Assembly (NCBI GenBank): GCA_016748015.1
Contig: JAAOMT010000446.1
Span: 1,752-65,751 of the forward strand
Source: Geosiphon pyriformis uo1
Taxonomy: Eukaryota > Fungi > Glomeromycota
Reading direction: 5' to 3'
DNA: 64,000 nucleotides
Shown here: positions 61,691 through 64,000 of the stretch, in pieces
How the letters are laid out: every line of letters starts with the position of its first letter
Numbering within the stretch: position 1 is the stretch's first letter
Position numbers and translations under genes: made by a program
Notes under the pieces: generated by a model
The model's input: only the letters and a program-made list of their open reading frames with translations
What the model was told of the DNA's origin: nothing
The model's database searches: none

Positions 61691-64000
61691 TATTTTAATT
61701 AATTTATATATATTGTTCAAGTTTTATTAATATATTTAAATTTTAATTTACAATTTTAATAAAATTGTTTATTAAAATATTTTTTGGTTAATTTAATAAT
61801 AATATTAAAAATATTGTTATTTTTTAATTAATTTTTAATTTGTTTAATTTTATTTATATTATAATATTACTTATCAAGTTTAAAAACTATTTGTTTATTT
61901 TAAAAAAATTAAAGAATTATATCTTAAAAATCTAAATTATATTTAATAAATATAATTTTAAATTTTTATTTATAGTTTTTATTATTAAAAAAATAGAAAT
62001 TTTTAATTTTGTTTTAATTATTAAAAATTTAATAATATTATAATAATAATTATTTAATTTTTTTTATTTAAATTATAAATAATTTAATTAATATACAATA
62101 GTTTTTTATATATTAATTTAACAAGTAAATATTAGTTAATTAAAATATAGGTTATTAGCTGATAACAAAAAGCTGTAATAAAATTTAAAAATAAAATAAT
62201 TACTAAGTTAGTTGTTTTTAAGTAATTAATTTTTGTAAATAAAAATTTTATATATGTGATTAATATTATTAAAAAAATCATAAATTTTTAAGAATTTATC
62301 TTGAATATTTTTATATATTTTTTTAATAAATTTTACTGTTCATAATCTTTCTAATTTATGATTTTATATAATAAAAAAATTTGTATTATTTCTTATAATT
62401 TTGTTTTTTATGTCTATACAAAATATATTACTGTTTGCTTTAAAACAATTTTTTTTAAAAATAAGACTATTTATTTAATTTTAGTGTTTAAAATAGAAAT
62501 TTGTGCTAATTGATTTGTTTTTTTATTTTATTTTTGTTTATAAATTAGCTAATTATATATTATTAATGTGTATATTTAGTAAAAATTTCAGAAGTTATAT
62601 TAAAAAAAATTTTATTGTACTTAATAGACAATAATTTATACATATATATATAATTAAAAAAAACTTTTATTTTTTGTTTTATGTTTTTTGGTAATGTAAA
62701 TTGCTAATAGTATTTTATTAAAGATTAATTTATTTTTACATATTAAATCTTTTTTTATTAGTTATTTTTATAATAAAAAACTAATTAAATATTTTATCTA
62801 TTTAGATTTTTGGACTATTTTAAAAATTAAATTTTTTGCTGACTGTTTTTTTTGTTTTTTTTGTTGTAATTATATTAAAAAATTTAAAATACATAATAAT
62901 ATATTATTAAATATTAATTGGTTTAATATAATTCAAAAAACTTTATCAAAAACATTAAAAATTATTTTAATATTAACAAAAATATATTCGAAAATATATT
63001 AAACAGAATAATAATAACAAAAAAAAAACTTAAAAATTTTTATAAATTTAGCAATCTTGAAAATAAAAAAAGTATTAAAATATATTGTTTTATTTTTAAA
63101 ACCAATAATAATTGGTTAAAAATTAATATATTAAAAAATACAGTCAAAAGTTAATTCAATTTAATTAATATGTTTCTATTATTGCTGTTTAAACAAAAAA
63201 AAATTCTATTTATAGTTATAATAAAACTAAATATTATAATTAATATTAATAATACAAAATTAATAAAAAACCAGAAAAAATAATAAAAACCAAAGTTTTA
63301 TTTTTTATAAAAGAAAAAACTGGTTTTAAAATATTAGAATTAACAAAAGCATTAAAAAAACCTTTTATTGGTTTAAAAAATTACTATTAAACATAGCAAA
63401 GATTTAAAAAAGTTGTTTTTTGGCTGTTTTGGCTTTTTTAATTATTTAAATAACAGTAAAAAAAAATTAACTTAATTATTAACTTCTTATTAAATACTTT
63501 AAAATCTATTTGCTGATAAATAAAATTAAAGTACATTTTCACGATTTTATTTAGTTTATAAGGAGTTAAAAAGGTTTTAAAAAAGACAAAAATTATATCA
63601 AAACTATTTTAGATAGATTTTTTTAATAAAAAACTTTTAATCAAATATAAAAAAAGTGTTTTTAAGTAAACAAATAACTAGTTAACTCTTATTTTATTTA
63701 AAAAAAGTTATTATTATTTTTATACAATAAAATAATTTTATAAATATAAATAATTTGTAATATTATGAAAAAAATAGAAAAAATAAACAGAAAACAAAAA
63801 TTAGAGTTTATTGATATTTAAAAATGTAATTTTAAATATAAATATTATAATATTAATTATTAATACTAACTTAATTTGGAACTTTTTATTGTCATTAAAT
63901 GTATTTAATTAAAAAACAATGTTTTTTGCAATTAAATATTATTAAAACTTTATTAAAAAATAATATTTACTAATTTAAAATTATTTAATTAAAAACATAT

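Overview
Intron-rich, very AT-rich fungal genomic DNA. Gene content, intron style, a tyrosine-kinase-like pseudogene and the LINE family point to Glomeromycotina; the ORF1 peptides resemble Geosiphon/AMF repeats I recall, which is an inference and not a database result. A core gene block (9.7-37.2 kb) holds condensin kleisin Brn1/Cnd2, a kinase pseudogene, enoyl-CoA hydratase, ALG13, a conserved His-rich TPR-like protein, a small DH-PH RhoGEF, Cdc24/Scd1 and a Ycf1-like ABCC transporter. At the left end is an apparently intact 9-exon gene with a coiled-coil header and a PD-(D/E)XK-like C-terminus. The rest is extremely AT-rich DNA with degenerate non-LTR retrotransposons: two full-length head-to-head LINEs (ORF1 plus APE-RT-RNase H-zinc finger ORF2, one interrupted by a solo-LTR-like insert), a 5'-truncated LINE, an isolated 3' tail, and two copies of a 2.3 kb element that encodes only an ORF1/gag protein. 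The best candidate for an undescribed system is this ORF1-only ('half-LINE', HAL1-like) family. It shares with the autonomous LINEs a ~120-nt 3' RNA element that folds by eye into a covarying four-way junction. Exon boundaries and RNA pairings were read manually.
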